Of a stretch of DNA of 62,295 nucleotides, positions 1-9,966 are shown one piece after another. Each line of letters opens with the position of its first letter. Positions within the stretch are counted from its first letter, which is position 1. This stretch comes from Kiritimatiellia bacterium (GTDB taxonomy: Bacteria > Verrucomicrobiota > Kiritimatiellia > RFP12 > JBMNHG01). The stretch covers positions 186,001 to 248,295 of the forward strand of contig JBMNHG010000002.1 in assembly GCA_050950285.1 (NCBI GenBank). The letters run 5' to 3'. The position numbers and the translations under genes were made by a program. The notes beneath the pieces are model-generated. The model was not told the DNA's origin and did no database searches. It was given only the letters and a program-made list of their open reading frames with translations.

Positions 1-1934
1 GCGCCGGAAGCGGACTCGTCCAGCGTCCGGAGCGTGACGACCGCGCCGGGGAGGAAGTCGCCATTCGAGCGAAGGCTGGAGGAGACGGCAAGGGAGAGGC
101 CTCCCGTGCAGGCGGCGCGGCGCGCCGCGAGGGTGGCGAAGTCCTGTCCGGCGGCGCCCATCCTGTTCCAGGCGATGGCGAACCAGCCCAGCGAGGAGCG
201 GAGGTCGGGCGGAAGTCCCGCGAGATCCAGGTGCAGGGCGAGGTAGTTCACGCCGTTCGCGAAGACCTCGTTGCGCAGGAGGGGGACGCCGCGGACATCG
301 CCGGGGACGGTGGGGATGGACTTCGGGCGGTCCGGCAGGTCGGCGATGGCGAGCTGCGGGAGGAGGGCGAGCTGTTCGGGGGGGTTGGGCCGGCCGTTCA
401 GGGCGTCGAGCTCGGCGGCGGCGCGGTCGACCCGCCCGCGTTCGTCGTCGGACATCGCGGCGCGCCGCGCTTCGAGTTTCGCGGCGAGGGCCGCGGCCTT
501 GCGGGCGGCGAGGTCGCGGTCCGGCCGCAGGGTGAGGCGCAACAGGTGCGGGTTGTCGAGCAGCTTCTCGCGCACGAGACGGCCGAAGTGGAGGGGGTCG
601 GCCTGCCATCGGGCGCGGCAGGCGTCGAGCCGGGCGCGCGGGAACAGGAGGGTGAGCGGATCGCGGCCGTAGGGCCAGGCGCTGTTCACGCTGTTGAGCG
701 TGGCGAGGGGAAGTTTCCTGCCGATCTCGCGGGAGGCGTAGGCAAGCTGCTGGAAGGCGGCCTCCGCTTCGGCGGCGGCGGGGGGCCGCGACGCCCAGTC
801 GGAGAGGACGCGGCGCACGAGGGATTCGAAATCCGCGAAGCGTCCGGCGCGCGAGCCCTTCAATCCCACATGGAACTCCTTCATCCAGCCATGGGAGCAG
901 AAGCCGGTAAGGCAGGTGTCCGCGCCGAGGCCCGAATCGACGAGGGCCTTGCGAAGCGGCGCGCCGTCATGGCCCAGGAGAAGGGTCTCGATCAGCTCCC
1001 AGTCCGCATGGGCGTCGGCATCGATGGCGTCGCCGATGGCCCAGTGGAGGGTGAGGTAGTCCATCTCCTCGCCGGGGTCGTCGGGGCCGGGCTCGTAGAA
1101 GGCTTCGGCGGAGCGCGGGGCGGACCAGGCTTCGGGCGCGGCGGGCGCAGGCGCGGCGGCGGAGGAGTCCGCCGTGAAGCCGGCGAGCAGGCGGTCGAGG
1201 AAGGCGGCAAGGTCGCCCGTGGGGATGTCGCCGTACGAGAAGATCAGCGCGTTCGAGGGGTGGTAGCGCGTGGCGTGGAAGTCGCGGAAGGCCTCGTAGG
1301 TGAGTTCGGGGATGTGGTCGGGATCGCCGCCGGAGTCGCGGCCCAGCGGGTGGCCGGGGTACAGCAGGCGATGGGCGAGGAAGTAGAGCCGGTTCTCCGG
1401 GCTGGCGGCATAGCCCTGCATCTCGCTGTAGACGATGCCCTTCAGAGTGAGGGGCGACGACGTGTCGCCCGGCTTCTCGAAGGCGAAGTGGTGCGCCTCG
1501 CGACGGAAGGTCTCGGGGGTGATCAGCGGATGGAAGACGGCGTCGAGGTAGACCTCGGCGAGGTTGAAGAAGTCCTTGGGGACGGGCGAACAAACGGGGT
1601 AGCTGGTGTAGTCCTGCGCGGTGAAGGCGTTGATGAAGGTGGCGAGGCTCATCTTGATCATCTCGAAGAAGGGCTCGCGCACGGGGAAGCGCTCGGAGCC
1701 TCCCAGCACCGAATGTTCGAGGATGTGCGGCACGCCCGTGTCGTCCGACGGGGGCGTGGGGAAGGTGATGGCCAGGCAGTTCTCGTTGTCCTCGGGCGCG
1801 GCGACATGCAGCAGGCGCGCGCCGGAGGCGTCGTGGAGGAAGAGGCGGGCTTCGGCGCGGAGGTCGGGAAGCGGGGCGATGCGGGTGCAGGTGAATCCGC
1901 TGATCGTCCCGCCCACGCGGAGGGGTGTGCTCAT
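1..1934 (-). CDS. Insulinase/M16C family zinc metallopeptidase (presequence protease-like), runs off the window start
   Basis: Manual minus-strand translation from ATG at 1934: MSTPLRVGG...DDTGVPHILEHSVLGGSERFPVREPFFEMIKMSLATFINAFT. Inverted HxxEH zinc motif and M16C signature. Missing from the ORF track, presumably because its stop lies outside the window. Confidence 0.93.
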   Translation of the reverse strand, partial: MSTPLRVGGTISGFTCTRIAPLPDLRAEARLFLHDASGARLLHVAAPEDNENCLAITFPTPPSDDTGVPHILEHSVLGGSERFPVREPFFEMIKMSLATFINAFTAQDYTSYPVCSPVPKDFFNLAEVYLDAVFHPLITPETFRREAHHFAFEKPGDTSSPLTLKGIVYSEMQGYAASPENRLYFLAHRLLYPGHPLGRDSGGDPDHIPELTYEAFRDFHATRYHPSNALIFSYGDIPTGDLAAFLDRLLAGFTADSSAAAPAPAAPEAWSAPRSAEAFYEPGPDDPGEEMDYLTLHWAIGDAIDADAHADWELIETLLLGHDGAPLRKALVDSGLGADTCLTGFCSHGWMKEFHVGLKGSRAGRFADFESLVRRVLSDWASRPPAAAEAEAAFQQLAYASREIGRKLPLATLNSVNSAWPYGRDPLTLLFPRARLDACRARWQADPLHFGRLVREKLLDNPHLLRLTLRPDRDLAARKAAALAAKLEARRAAMSDDERGRVDRAAAELDALNGRPNPPEQLALLPQLAIADLPDRPKSIPTVPGDVRGVPLLRNEVFANGVNYLALHLDLAGLPPDLRSSLGWFAIAWNRMGAAGQDFATLAARRAACTGGLSLAVSSSLRSNGDFLPGAVVTLRTLDESASG

Positions 1935-1953
1935 GGCGGGCGGTTGGCAGGGG

Positions 1954-3330
1954 TCAATAGATGGGCGTGCAGAGGAGGGACTTTTCATCGAGGGCCTGCT
2001 CGGCCTGTCCCGGCGGCGTCCAATTGCACCGGATGTAGGCGCCGCCACCGCCCTGCTGGAATTCGATCACGATGTCGTGCATGCCGGCCTCGAGGTCGAC
2101 CCGGGCGTGGAGGTTCGCGGGGCTGCCCCAGAAGCCGAAGATCTTTTCGCCGTCGATGAAAAGGCGGTTGCCGTCGTCGGAGGTAAAGTGGAATTGGTAG
2201 GTGCCGGCCTCCTGGATGACCAGTTTGCCGGTCCAGCGGATGGAGATGTTGTCCTGGCGGCCGTCGGGATAGGGGAAGGAGCGGTCCGCGTACTGGATGC
2301 GGGGATCGACGCGCTCGTAGGCGAGGTCGTGGAACTCCTGGTCCGCATAGAAGCTGCCGCGGATGCCGGGCACGAGGATGCCGAATTCCTTGGCGTGGCG
2401 GGAGACGGGGGGACGGGCGGCGGTGTTGGTGGAGGCGAGGGCGCCGGTGGCGTAGTCCTTGAGGAAGTCCATGGCGCCCTCCGATCCGACGGCGGCGTCG
2501 AAGGTGGCGCCGTCCCCCCCGCAGGCCCCGAAGAGGGAGTCGAGGAGGAGGCCGGCGAGGTCGGCGTCCTCGAAGCAGGTGTCGTCCCGCACCATGGGGA
2601 GGAAGGGGGCGTAGACGTCGGGGGGGATGGTGTCGGGCGCGACTTCGAGGGCCTTCACGAGGTCGGCGCGGAAGGGGGTGTCCAGGTTGGCGAGGAGGCG
2701 GTCGACCATTTCGCCGGCTTCGGCGGGGGAGGCGGAGCGGGCGAGGAGTTTCACGGCCTGTGCGAGGGCGAGTTCGTTGGTCCCGGTTCGGACGATCCTG
2801 CGGAGGAGGATGCGTCCCACGTCGCCGGAGCGGGAGAGTTCCTCCGTGGCCACGCGGAGTTCGGCGTAGGAGCCCGAGGAGAGCATGCGGATGGCGTAGT
2901 CGAGTTCGCCGGCCTCGCGCTGGAGGGCCTTCATGTCGTTCCGGGCGCCGGCGATCTTCTCGGCGTCCATGCCGGTAAAGGTCTCGATGTTCGCGGCGAG
3001 CAGGCGCGCGGCGTCGGCGAAGTCTCCCGCGTCGCCCAGACGGCGGGCGGCGGCGATGACGCCATCGGCGGTCGAAAGATCGGGGGCAGGCTCTTCCGCC
3101 TTGGCCGCGGCAAGACGCACGGGGGCCCGCTTCGAGGGGCCTGCGAGCTTGGCGGCATCCGCGTCGGAGAGTCCGGCGGGGGCATCGGCCTGCGAAGCGG
3201 GCGATTCCGCCTCCACGGCGGGCGCGCCGGCTTCGGGTCCGGCCGGAGAGGGGGAAGGGTCTTTTTTGCCGCATCCAGCCAGGCAGGCGGCGGCGGCGAG
3301 ACAAAGAGGAATCCATGCGTGAAGAGTCAT
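1954..3330 (-). CDS. Lipoprotein with helical middle region and C-terminal PA14 domain
   Basis: Start MTLHAWIPLCLAAAACLAGC (lipobox LAGC). C-terminus GIRGSFY...DNISIRWTGKLVIQEAGTYQFHFTSDDGNRLFIDG matches the PA14 pattern. Confidence 0.85.
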   Translation of the reverse strand: MTLHAWIPLCLAAAACLAGCGKKDPSPSPAGPEAGAPAVEAESPASQADAPAGLSDADAAKLAGPSKRAPVRLAAAKAEEPAPDLSTADGVIAAARRLGDAGDFADAARLLAANIETFTGMDAEKIAGARNDMKALQREAGELDYAIRMLSSGSYAELRVATEELSRSGDVGRILLRRIVRTGTNELALAQAVKLLARSASPAEAGEMVDRLLANLDTPFRADLVKALEVAPDTIPPDVYAPFLPMVRDDTCFEDADLAGLLLDSLFGACGGDGATFDAAVGSEGAMDFLKDYATGALASTNTAARPPVSRHAKEFGILVPGIRGSFYADQEFHDLAYERVDPRIQYADRSFPYPDGRQDNISIRWTGKLVIQEAGTYQFHFTSDDGNRLFIDGEKIFGFWGSPANLHARVDLEAGMHDIVIEFQQGGGGAYIRCNWTPPGQAEQALDEKSLLCTPIY

Positions 3331-3619
3331 AACCCGGCAGTATACCCTACCCGCCCCCGTCCCTGCCACACCAAATTCGGGCGGCGCGCAATCCGAATCG
3401 GCTGGCGACAGGGGGCGCGGGCGTCCCCCCTTCACCGGGGAGGAACGATCTTCCCGCACCCCGCCACCCGCCGGATACGCATGGATTGAACACCCGCCCC
3501 GTGCTATACTCCGGGGCGGACGACGGGATGCCGCCGCTTTCGCGCTTTGTGGCGTTCCCTGTCTCCGGTATACTTCCCCGCCTTTCCTTTGTCTTTTCCC
3601 TGCGACCCCGATTAGGAGC

Positions 3620-6157
3620 ATGACGATGACCCGAACCTTTCCCCGACGCCTGTGGGCGGCCGTGTGGCTTTGCGCCGTTCTGGCCCTCCCCCTCCACGCC
3701 GCGGAAACCGCAAGCCCGCCCGATCCCGCACCCCGTCTCGCGAAGCTGAAGGCGCAAAACGAAAAGGCCATCCGCAAGGCCTACTCCGACGAGAACGACC
3801 CCCTTCGGAAAAACGAGGAGCGCGTCCTGGTCTACATCATGGACTCCTCCGACCCCGACGAGGTGAAGGCGGAACTGCTCGAAGAGAACCTCGAACGCCT
3901 CCAGCTGCTCGACTACCGCGGGGACGACGCGGACGGCGACGGCATCGACGACCTGTCCGACCCCTTCCCCGCCATCGCCTGTACGCCCCTCTACTGGCGC
4001 GTCGAATCCATGGAGCTCGTCTGGAACCCCGCCGGGATCGAGGCCGCCGGCGGACCGGAAGCCCTGTCGCGCGCCTTCCGCGAGCGCACCCTCCGCGACG
4101 AATTCCTCCGCAGGAACCGCACGACGCTCTTCCATCGCGCCCTCTGGCAGTCGGAGCCCGCCGGACGCGCCAGCGCCGCGAGCCTCCACCCGCTGTCGGT
4201 AGCCCGCCAGGGCAAGACCCCCCGGCTCGACAACCTCGGCGCGTTCCAGCTCTTCGGTACGGGCGACATCGGCTGGAACGCCGTCTCCGCCGCACGTGCC
4301 ATGCAGGCCGCCACCGTCGCCCGCGCCCTCGACGACGCCGGCGCCAAATCCCCCCTGGAACTCGTCTTCGCGGTCCGCTTCTACAACCTCGACCGCCGCC
4401 CCCTCGCCTGCCGCAACATCGAAATCCCCGTCGACCTCGCCGGCAAGGAACTCGGCTGGGCCGTGCCCGTCCGCGAAGACCTCCGCACGCGCGGGTTCGT
4501 CATCCCGGTGGACGCCGACAACGGCGCCCTCGTCTCCTTCCGCCTCCGCCTCGGCGCGGCGCAGGTGTCCCGCGCCTGGAACGACGCCTCCGCACCCGCG
4601 CCCCGCGTGGCCTTCGAACGCTGCCGCGGACGCATCATCGCAGGCAACGGCCCGGACGCGACCGACGTGACCCGGCTCCTTCGCGACATCCTCCGCAAAA
4701 CCGTCCCCTTCGAAGTCGACGGCGGCGACGGGCACCGCCTCGTCTGGCGCATCGCCCCCGAGGCGCGCGGCCTCCGTTCGCGCGTCACCGACGTCTTCGC
4801 GGACCTGAACGGCGTCGCCATGCGATCGGGCGGCAAGCCCGTGCTGGCGGGCCGCGCCGGCTGGCCCCGTTCGCTCGCCTCGTGGGACAACGGATCGAAC
4901 GGCCTCTGGTGGCACGTCCGCATCGGCGGAAAGAGGATCCGGAAGGCCGACTGGACGGAAACGCCCGTGACGCGCCCCGTGCTCTTCACGCGCGAGTCCG
5001 GGATTCCCGCCCTCGCCGCGGCCTCGATCCGCTCCCTCGGCAGGGACGCCGATCCCGGCATCGACTTCCTGCGCGGCCACCAGGCCCTCCGCGCCGGCGA
5101 CGCCGAAGCCGCCGAAGCCTTCTTCGCCGCCTCCGCCGACGCCGACTTCCTGCCCGCGCTGGTGGAACGGGGCCGCCTCTGCCGCCAGTCGGGCCATACC
5201 GCCGACGCCCTGGAATGCTTCCGCCTCGCCGCCGCGAAGGGCTACCCGCCCGCCGAATTCCACCTGGCGGAACTCGATCCCGCCAACGCCATCGCCGCCT
5301 TCCGCCGCGCCGCGGACTACGATCTCCCCGCAGCGCAAGTCGCCCTGGCACTGCATCTCTCCGAGGGCGACGCCGAAGCGGCGACGGAAGCCGAAACCCT
5401 TCTCCGCGCCGCCGCCGCGCAGGCGGATCCTGCCGCGCAAGTCGCGCTCGGCCAGTGGCTCGCCGCCACGCCGGACGCACAAGAGGAGGCCGTCTTCTGG
5501 CTCGCCCAGGCCGCGGATCAAGGCTCCGCCGAAGCGCAATCCGCCTACGGCCGCGCCCTTCTCGACGGGAACGGCGTGCCGCGCGACGTGCGGCGTGCCG
5601 TCGATTGGCTCTCCCGCGCGGCGGAACAGGGCGACACCGCCGCGCTCGCCGCCCTCGGCCGTTGCCACTTCGACGGGACTGGCGTCCGCAAAAACAAGAA
5701 GCGCGCCGTCCGCTGCTTCCGCCAGGCCGCCGGAAAGGGCGACCCCGAAAGCCAGCTCCGCCTGGGGTTGTGCCTCCTCAATGGCGAGGGTGTCCGCGCC
5801 GACGCCGCCGAAGGCCGCGAATGGATCGCCCGGGCCGCCGAAAACGGCTCGCCGGCGGCCGCCTTCCTCCTGGGCTCCATCGCGCTCCGCGCCTCCGCGC
5901 TCGACCCCGCGCAGGCCCCTGTCGCGGCGGAGAACTTCCGGAAGGCCGCCAACCAAGGCCTCGCCGTCGCCCAGGTGTGGCTCGGCTACTGCCTGGCCAA
6001 CGGCATCGGCGTGGAAAAAGACACGGACGCCGCACGCGCCTGCTTCGAACAGGCCGTCGCCGCAGGCATCCCCGCCGCGCACGCCTACCTGAAGTCCCTC
6101 GACGCCGACGCCCCGGGCACCCCCGACGACGCGGAACCCCCCGCCAACACCAACTAA
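3620..6157 (+). CDS. Secreted Sel1-repeat protein with uncharacterised N-terminal domain
   Basis: Signal peptide (LWAAVWLCAVLALPLHA). Multiple Sel1 repeats (AADQGSAEAQ, GNGVPRDVRRAVDWLSRAAEQG, GIGVEKD). DxDGDG motif near the N-terminus. Confidence 0.85.
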   Translation: MTMTRTFPRRLWAAVWLCAVLALPLHAAETASPPDPAPRLAKLKAQNEKAIRKAYSDENDPLRKNEERVLVYIMDSSDPDEVKAELLEENLERLQLLDYRGDDADGDGIDDLSDPFPAIACTPLYWRVESMELVWNPAGIEAAGGPEALSRAFRERTLRDEFLRRNRTTLFHRALWQSEPAGRASAASLHPLSVARQGKTPRLDNLGAFQLFGTGDIGWNAVSAARAMQAATVARALDDAGAKSPLELVFAVRFYNLDRRPLACRNIEIPVDLAGKELGWAVPVREDLRTRGFVIPVDADNGALVSFRLRLGAAQVSRAWNDASAPAPRVAFERCRGRIIAGNGPDATDVTRLLRDILRKTVPFEVDGGDGHRLVWRIAPEARGLRSRVTDVFADLNGVAMRSGGKPVLAGRAGWPRSLASWDNGSNGLWWHVRIGGKRIRKADWTETPVTRPVLFTRESGIPALAAASIRSLGRDADPGIDFLRGHQALRAGDAEAAEAFFAASADADFLPALVERGRLCRQSGHTADALECFRLAAAKGYPPAEFHLAELDPANAIAAFRRAADYDLPAAQVALALHLSEGDAEAATEAETLLRAAAAQADPAAQVALGQWLAATPDAQEEAVFWLAQAADQGSAEAQSAYGRALLDGNGVPRDVRRAVDWLSRAAEQGDTAALAALGRCHFDGTGVRKNKKRAVRCFRQAAGKGDPESQLRLGLCLLNGEGVRADAAEGREWIARAAENGSPAAAFLLGSIALRASALDPAQAPVAAENFRKAANQGLAVAQVWLGYCLANGIGVEKDTDAARACFEQAVAAGIPAAHAYLKSLDADAPGTPDDAEPPANTN

Positions 6158-6174
6158 CCGCCCCCCCCCCCGCC

Positions 6175-7191
6175 ATGCGCTTCCTCGATTGCACCCCTGC
6201 CGCCGATTGCCCGCTGAAGGTCTTTGGACTCCCCCCCTTTCATGAAGGGGAGGGATTCTCGAGGTGCCACCGCGCCATCCTCGAGGCCATTCCCCGCATC
6301 GCGGGACTCGGCCGCCGCAGTTGCGGAGGACGCATCCGCTTCCGCACCACATCCCCCTCCGTCACGCTGCGGATGACCGTCGAACGGGTCGGCGTGGATC
6401 TCGGCATCGCCATCTTCGGCGCCTCGTCCGCCGACGTCTACGCGGGCGACGGACCCATCGCCCGCTTCCTCGGGCTGCTCAACCCGGAGGCCTATTCGGA
6501 CGGCGCGATCACCGTGGAGAAGAGCTTCCGGCTTCCCGAGGGCGAACAGGCGGTGAACGTTCTTCTGCCGCGCAACGAGACCGTCACCGCCTTCTCCGCG
6601 GGCGTGGAAGACGGTCACGGCATCGCCCCTCCCCTGCCCTTCCGCAACGCGCGCCCCGTGGCCTTCTACGGCTCGTCCATCACCGAAGGCGGCTGCTCCA
6701 CCCGCGTGGGATGCAACTACGTGTCGCAGCTCTCGCGCCGCCTCGGCATCGACTTCGTGAACTACGGCCTCTCCGGAAACGCCCGGGGCGCACCCGAATT
6801 CGCCGACTACATCCTCTCCCAGGACCCCTGCGCCCTGGTCTTCGACTACGACCACAACGCCCCCACCCTCCAATGGCTGGCCGACACCCACCGCGCCTTC
6901 TTCCAGCGCATCCGCGCGGCGCGCCCCGACCTGCCGGTGCTGATGATGGCGCGCCCCGACTTCATCCTCGATTCCGACGCCGGGGAGCGGCGGGCCGTCG
7001 TCCGCGCCACCTACGACGCCGCCATCGCCGACGGCGACCGCCGGGTCTGGTTCGTCGACAGCCGCGCCTTCTTCCCCGAAGCCCGCCTCTTCGAATGCTC
7101 CGTAGACACCGTCCATCCCAACGACCTCGGCTTCACCTTCATGGCCGACGCCGTCGAACCCGTCCTCGCCGGAATGCTCGGCCTCCGCTAG
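6175..7191 (+). CDS. SGNH/GDSL hydrolase family protein
   Basis: ATG at 6175 (MRFLDCTP). Motifs FYGSSITEG, NYGLSGNA, DYDHN and DTVHPNDLG. Confidence 0.9.
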   Translation: MRFLDCTPAADCPLKVFGLPPFHEGEGFSRCHRAILEAIPRIAGLGRRSCGGRIRFRTTSPSVTLRMTVERVGVDLGIAIFGASSADVYAGDGPIARFLGLLNPEAYSDGAITVEKSFRLPEGEQAVNVLLPRNETVTAFSAGVEDGHGIAPPLPFRNARPVAFYGSSITEGGCSTRVGCNYVSQLSRRLGIDFVNYGLSGNARGAPEFADYILSQDPCALVFDYDHNAPTLQWLADTHRAFFQRIRAARPDLPVLMMARPDFILDSDAGERRAVVRATYDAAIADGDRRVWFVDSRAFFPEARLFECSVDTVHPNDLGFTFMADAVEPVLAGMLGLR

Positions 7192-7213
7192 CCCCTTGCC
7201 AGGAGGAATCCCC

Positions 7214-9553
7214 ATGATGACCGTCCTCCCCGACCGCATCGCGCGCCTGCGCGACGAAGCCGTCCGCCGCGGCGGATCCTTCGCCTGCGCCTACCCGCCC
7301 TGCCTCGACGACGCCGCCCTCTGGCGCGCCTGGGAGCCCGGGATGTCCGTCGTCCAGGTGCGCGCCGCGATGCTCCGCGAGATCGCCGCCATCGCCCCCG
7401 TCGAAATCGGCCCGGACGAGCGGATCGTCGGCCTCCACCTCAGGCCCCTCAACGCCGGATGGCTCGGACGCGGCGACCTCGCCGACGCCGACTACGCCGC
7501 CCGCCTCGGCGAACTTGGCGTTCCCGCGGACCAGGCGGACGACGCCACCCGCAAGGCCGCCCGGTGGCTCTCCCGCACCGACCTCCCCTCCGAAATCGGC
7601 GTCGCGGCGGACGACAGCCATCTCGGCCGCGGCGCCTGGGAGGGCAACGGCCAGGACGTCTTCTGGGCCTTCGGCTGGATGGAAAACCACAGCATCCGCG
7701 ACTACCCCAAGGCCGTGCGCATCGGCTTCGGCGGCCTCCGCGACGAAATCCTCTCCGCACGGGCGGGCGCCAGGCTGGCCGACCCCGACTTCCCGCAACG
7801 CGACAACTTCTGGCGCGCCGCCCTCGACGTATGCGAGGCCGCCTGCATCCTCGGCCGCCGCTACGCCGCCGAAGCCCGACGCCTGGCCGCATCGGCCACC
7901 GACCCCGCCGACCGGCTCCGCCTCGAAGCCATCGCCGGACGCTGCGACCGCGTGCCCGAACGCGGCGCGCGCACCCTCGGCGAAGCCGTGCAAGGCTTCT
8001 GGTTCGCCCACCTCGTCACCTGCGGCGAAGACGGCATCAACGCCAACTCCATCGGCCATCTCGACCACTTCCTCCTGCCCGCCTACCAGGCCGACCTGCA
8101 CGCCGCACGGGCGGCGGGCCGCCCCGAGTCGGAGGTCTCCGACGAGGCCGACGAGTGGCTCGCCGAACTCGGCTGCCGCATGTACCTCGACTACGACGTG
8201 CAGGCCATCACCCTCGGCGGCTGCGACGCCGAAGGCAAGAACGCCGCGAATCCGCTCTCGATGAAGATCCTCGAGACCACCCGCGCCCTGGGCACCATCC
8301 GCGACATCTCCCTCCGCGTGCGCAAGGACACCCCGGACGACCTCCTGCGGCTCGCCGCCGAAATGGTTGTGGCGGGCGGCGGCGTGCCGTTTTTCTTCAA
8401 CGACGACGCCTTCCTCCCCGCCCTCGTCTCCCACGGCGTCCCCGCCTCCGACGCCTGGGACTACGCCCCCCTCGGCTGCGTCGAACTCACCATCCCCGGC
8501 AAGGGCAACATGCACGCCGTCTCCGGCTACTTCAACATCGCCAAGTGCGTCGAACTCGCCCTCTTCGACGGCGTCGACCCCCGCACCGGAAAGCGCCTCG
8601 GCCCCGCCACCGGCCGGCTCGGCGACCATCCCGACTTCGAGTCCTTCTGGAACGCCTACGACGCACAGGTCCGCCACTTCGCCGCGCGCATGGCCTACCA
8701 CTGCAACCGCGGCGAACTCCTGCAGCGCGCCTTCGGGCCCCAGCCCTGCTGGTCGGTGCTGTGCGACGACTGCATCGCACGCGGCCGCGACGTGACCGAC
8801 GGAGGCGCCCGCTACTTCAACCACTCCATCAGTCTCCTCGGCACCGCCAACGCCGCCGACTCGATGATGGTCCTCCAAAAACTCGTATTCGAGGAGAAAA
8901 GCCTCGACCTTGACGAACTGCTCGACGCGCTCCAAACGAATTTCGAAGGCCGCGAGGAGCTACGCCAGCGCCTCCTCCACAGCGTGCCGAAGTACGGCAA
9001 CGGCGACGCGGAAGTCGACGCCCTCGCCTGCCGCGTGGATGATCATTTCATCGATCTGATGGACTCTTTCCGCAGTCCGCAGGGCGGCCGCTACTGGGTG
9101 CACCTCTTTTCCTACCTCTGTAACCTGCCCTTTGGCCGCTCTCTGGGCGCGACCCCCGACGGCCGCAAGGCCGGCGAACCCATCGCCTATTCCCTGTCCG
9201 CACAGCAGGGCCGCGACGAGAAGGGCGTCACTGCCTTCCTGCGATCCCTCGCCACCATGCCCCACCGCCGCGCCGCCGGCGGCTCCGCCGCGATCGTCGA
9301 CCTCGATCCCACCGTGGTCGCAGGCGAACAGGGCCCTGACCGCCTCGTCGCCATCCTCCGGTCCGCCTTCGACATGGGCGTGGGCCAGCTCCAAATTAAC
9401 GTGGTCACTGCTGAACGCCTCCTCCAAGCCCAGGCCGATCCTGAACACTTTGGCGACATTCCCGTGCGTGTCGCCGGCTACTCCCAGAAATTCAAACTTG
9501 TGGAACGCTCCCTTCAAGACCATATTATCGCACGGACTAAGCACCATCTCTAA
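7214..9553 (+). CDS. Glycyl radical enzyme (pyruvate formate-lyase superfamily), substrate unknown
   Basis: RBS AGGAGG at 7201-7206. Cys loop YAPLGCVEL, KYGN, GATPDGRKAGEP and glycyl loop VRVAGYS. Confidence 0.92.
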   Translation: MMTVLPDRIARLRDEAVRRGGSFACAYPPCLDDAALWRAWEPGMSVVQVRAAMLREIAAIAPVEIGPDERIVGLHLRPLNAGWLGRGDLADADYAARLGELGVPADQADDATRKAARWLSRTDLPSEIGVAADDSHLGRGAWEGNGQDVFWAFGWMENHSIRDYPKAVRIGFGGLRDEILSARAGARLADPDFPQRDNFWRAALDVCEAACILGRRYAAEARRLAASATDPADRLRLEAIAGRCDRVPERGARTLGEAVQGFWFAHLVTCGEDGINANSIGHLDHFLLPAYQADLHAARAAGRPESEVSDEADEWLAELGCRMYLDYDVQAITLGGCDAEGKNAANPLSMKILETTRALGTIRDISLRVRKDTPDDLLRLAAEMVVAGGGVPFFFNDDAFLPALVSHGVPASDAWDYAPLGCVELTIPGKGNMHAVSGYFNIAKCVELALFDGVDPRTGKRLGPATGRLGDHPDFESFWNAYDAQVRHFAARMAYHCNRGELLQRAFGPQPCWSVLCDDCIARGRDVTDGGARYFNHSISLLGTANAADSMMVLQKLVFEEKSLDLDELLDALQTNFEGREELRQRLLHSVPKYGNGDAEVDALACRVDDHFIDLMDSFRSPQGGRYWVHLFSYLCNLPFGRSLGATPDGRKAGEPIAYSLSAQQGRDEKGVTAFLRSLATMPHRRAAGGSAAIVDLDPTVVAGEQGPDRLVAILRSAFDMGVGQLQINVVTAERLLQAQADPEHFGDIPVRVAGYSQKFKLVERSLQDHIIARTKHHL

Positions 9554-9576
9554 GCCACATCCCCAGCACACCCGAA

Positions 9577-9966
9577 ATGCAGCTGACCCTCCTCCGCGCC
9601 AAGCTCCACCACCTCCGCGTCACCGCCTGCGAGCCCGAATACCAGGGCAGCCTGACGGTCGACCAGGACGTCCTCGACCTCGCGGGCATCCTTCCCTTAC
9701 GAGAAGGTCCTCGTCGCGAACCTCGCGAACGGCGAACGCTTCGAAACCTACGCCATGGCCGGCGAACGCGGCTCCCGCGTCGTTTGCCTGAACGGCGCCG
9801 CCGCCTATAAGGGCGCCGTCGGCGATCGTCTCATCGTCATGGCCTGGGCCCACTGCACCCCCAAAGAGGCCGCCGAAAACCACCGAAGATCATCGTGTTC
9901 GACGAGCGGAACAACCCAATCCCTCTTCGGAAGAACCCCTTCCAGCCCCCCGCCTTCCCCCAATGA
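9577..9966 (+). pseudogene. panD: Aspartate 1-decarboxylase with two single-base indels (pseudogene or sequencing error)
   Basis: MQLTLLRAKLH...YQGSLTVD (GS autocleavage site). +1 shift near 9697 gives YEKVLVANLANGERFETY...CLNGAAA. -1 shift near 9884 gives KIIVFDERN. TGA at 9964-9966 overlaps the next ATG. Confidence 0.9.

Noticed and set aside
231..3489. Long ORFs 231-2159 and 1621-3489 (+) and many similar long ORFs elsewhere
   Set aside because: Antisense or alternate-frame shadows of real genes in high-GC DNA; Arg/Gly/Pro-rich with no motifs.
6161..6171. C11 homopolymer as a phase-variation switch
   Set aside because: Intergenic, does not affect a reading frame, and plausible by chance or base-calling in GC-rich DNA.
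7214..9553. pflB or cutC assignment
   Set aside because: No adjacent Cys-Cys pair as in PFL and no microcompartment or activase context; specific residues cannot be verified by eye.
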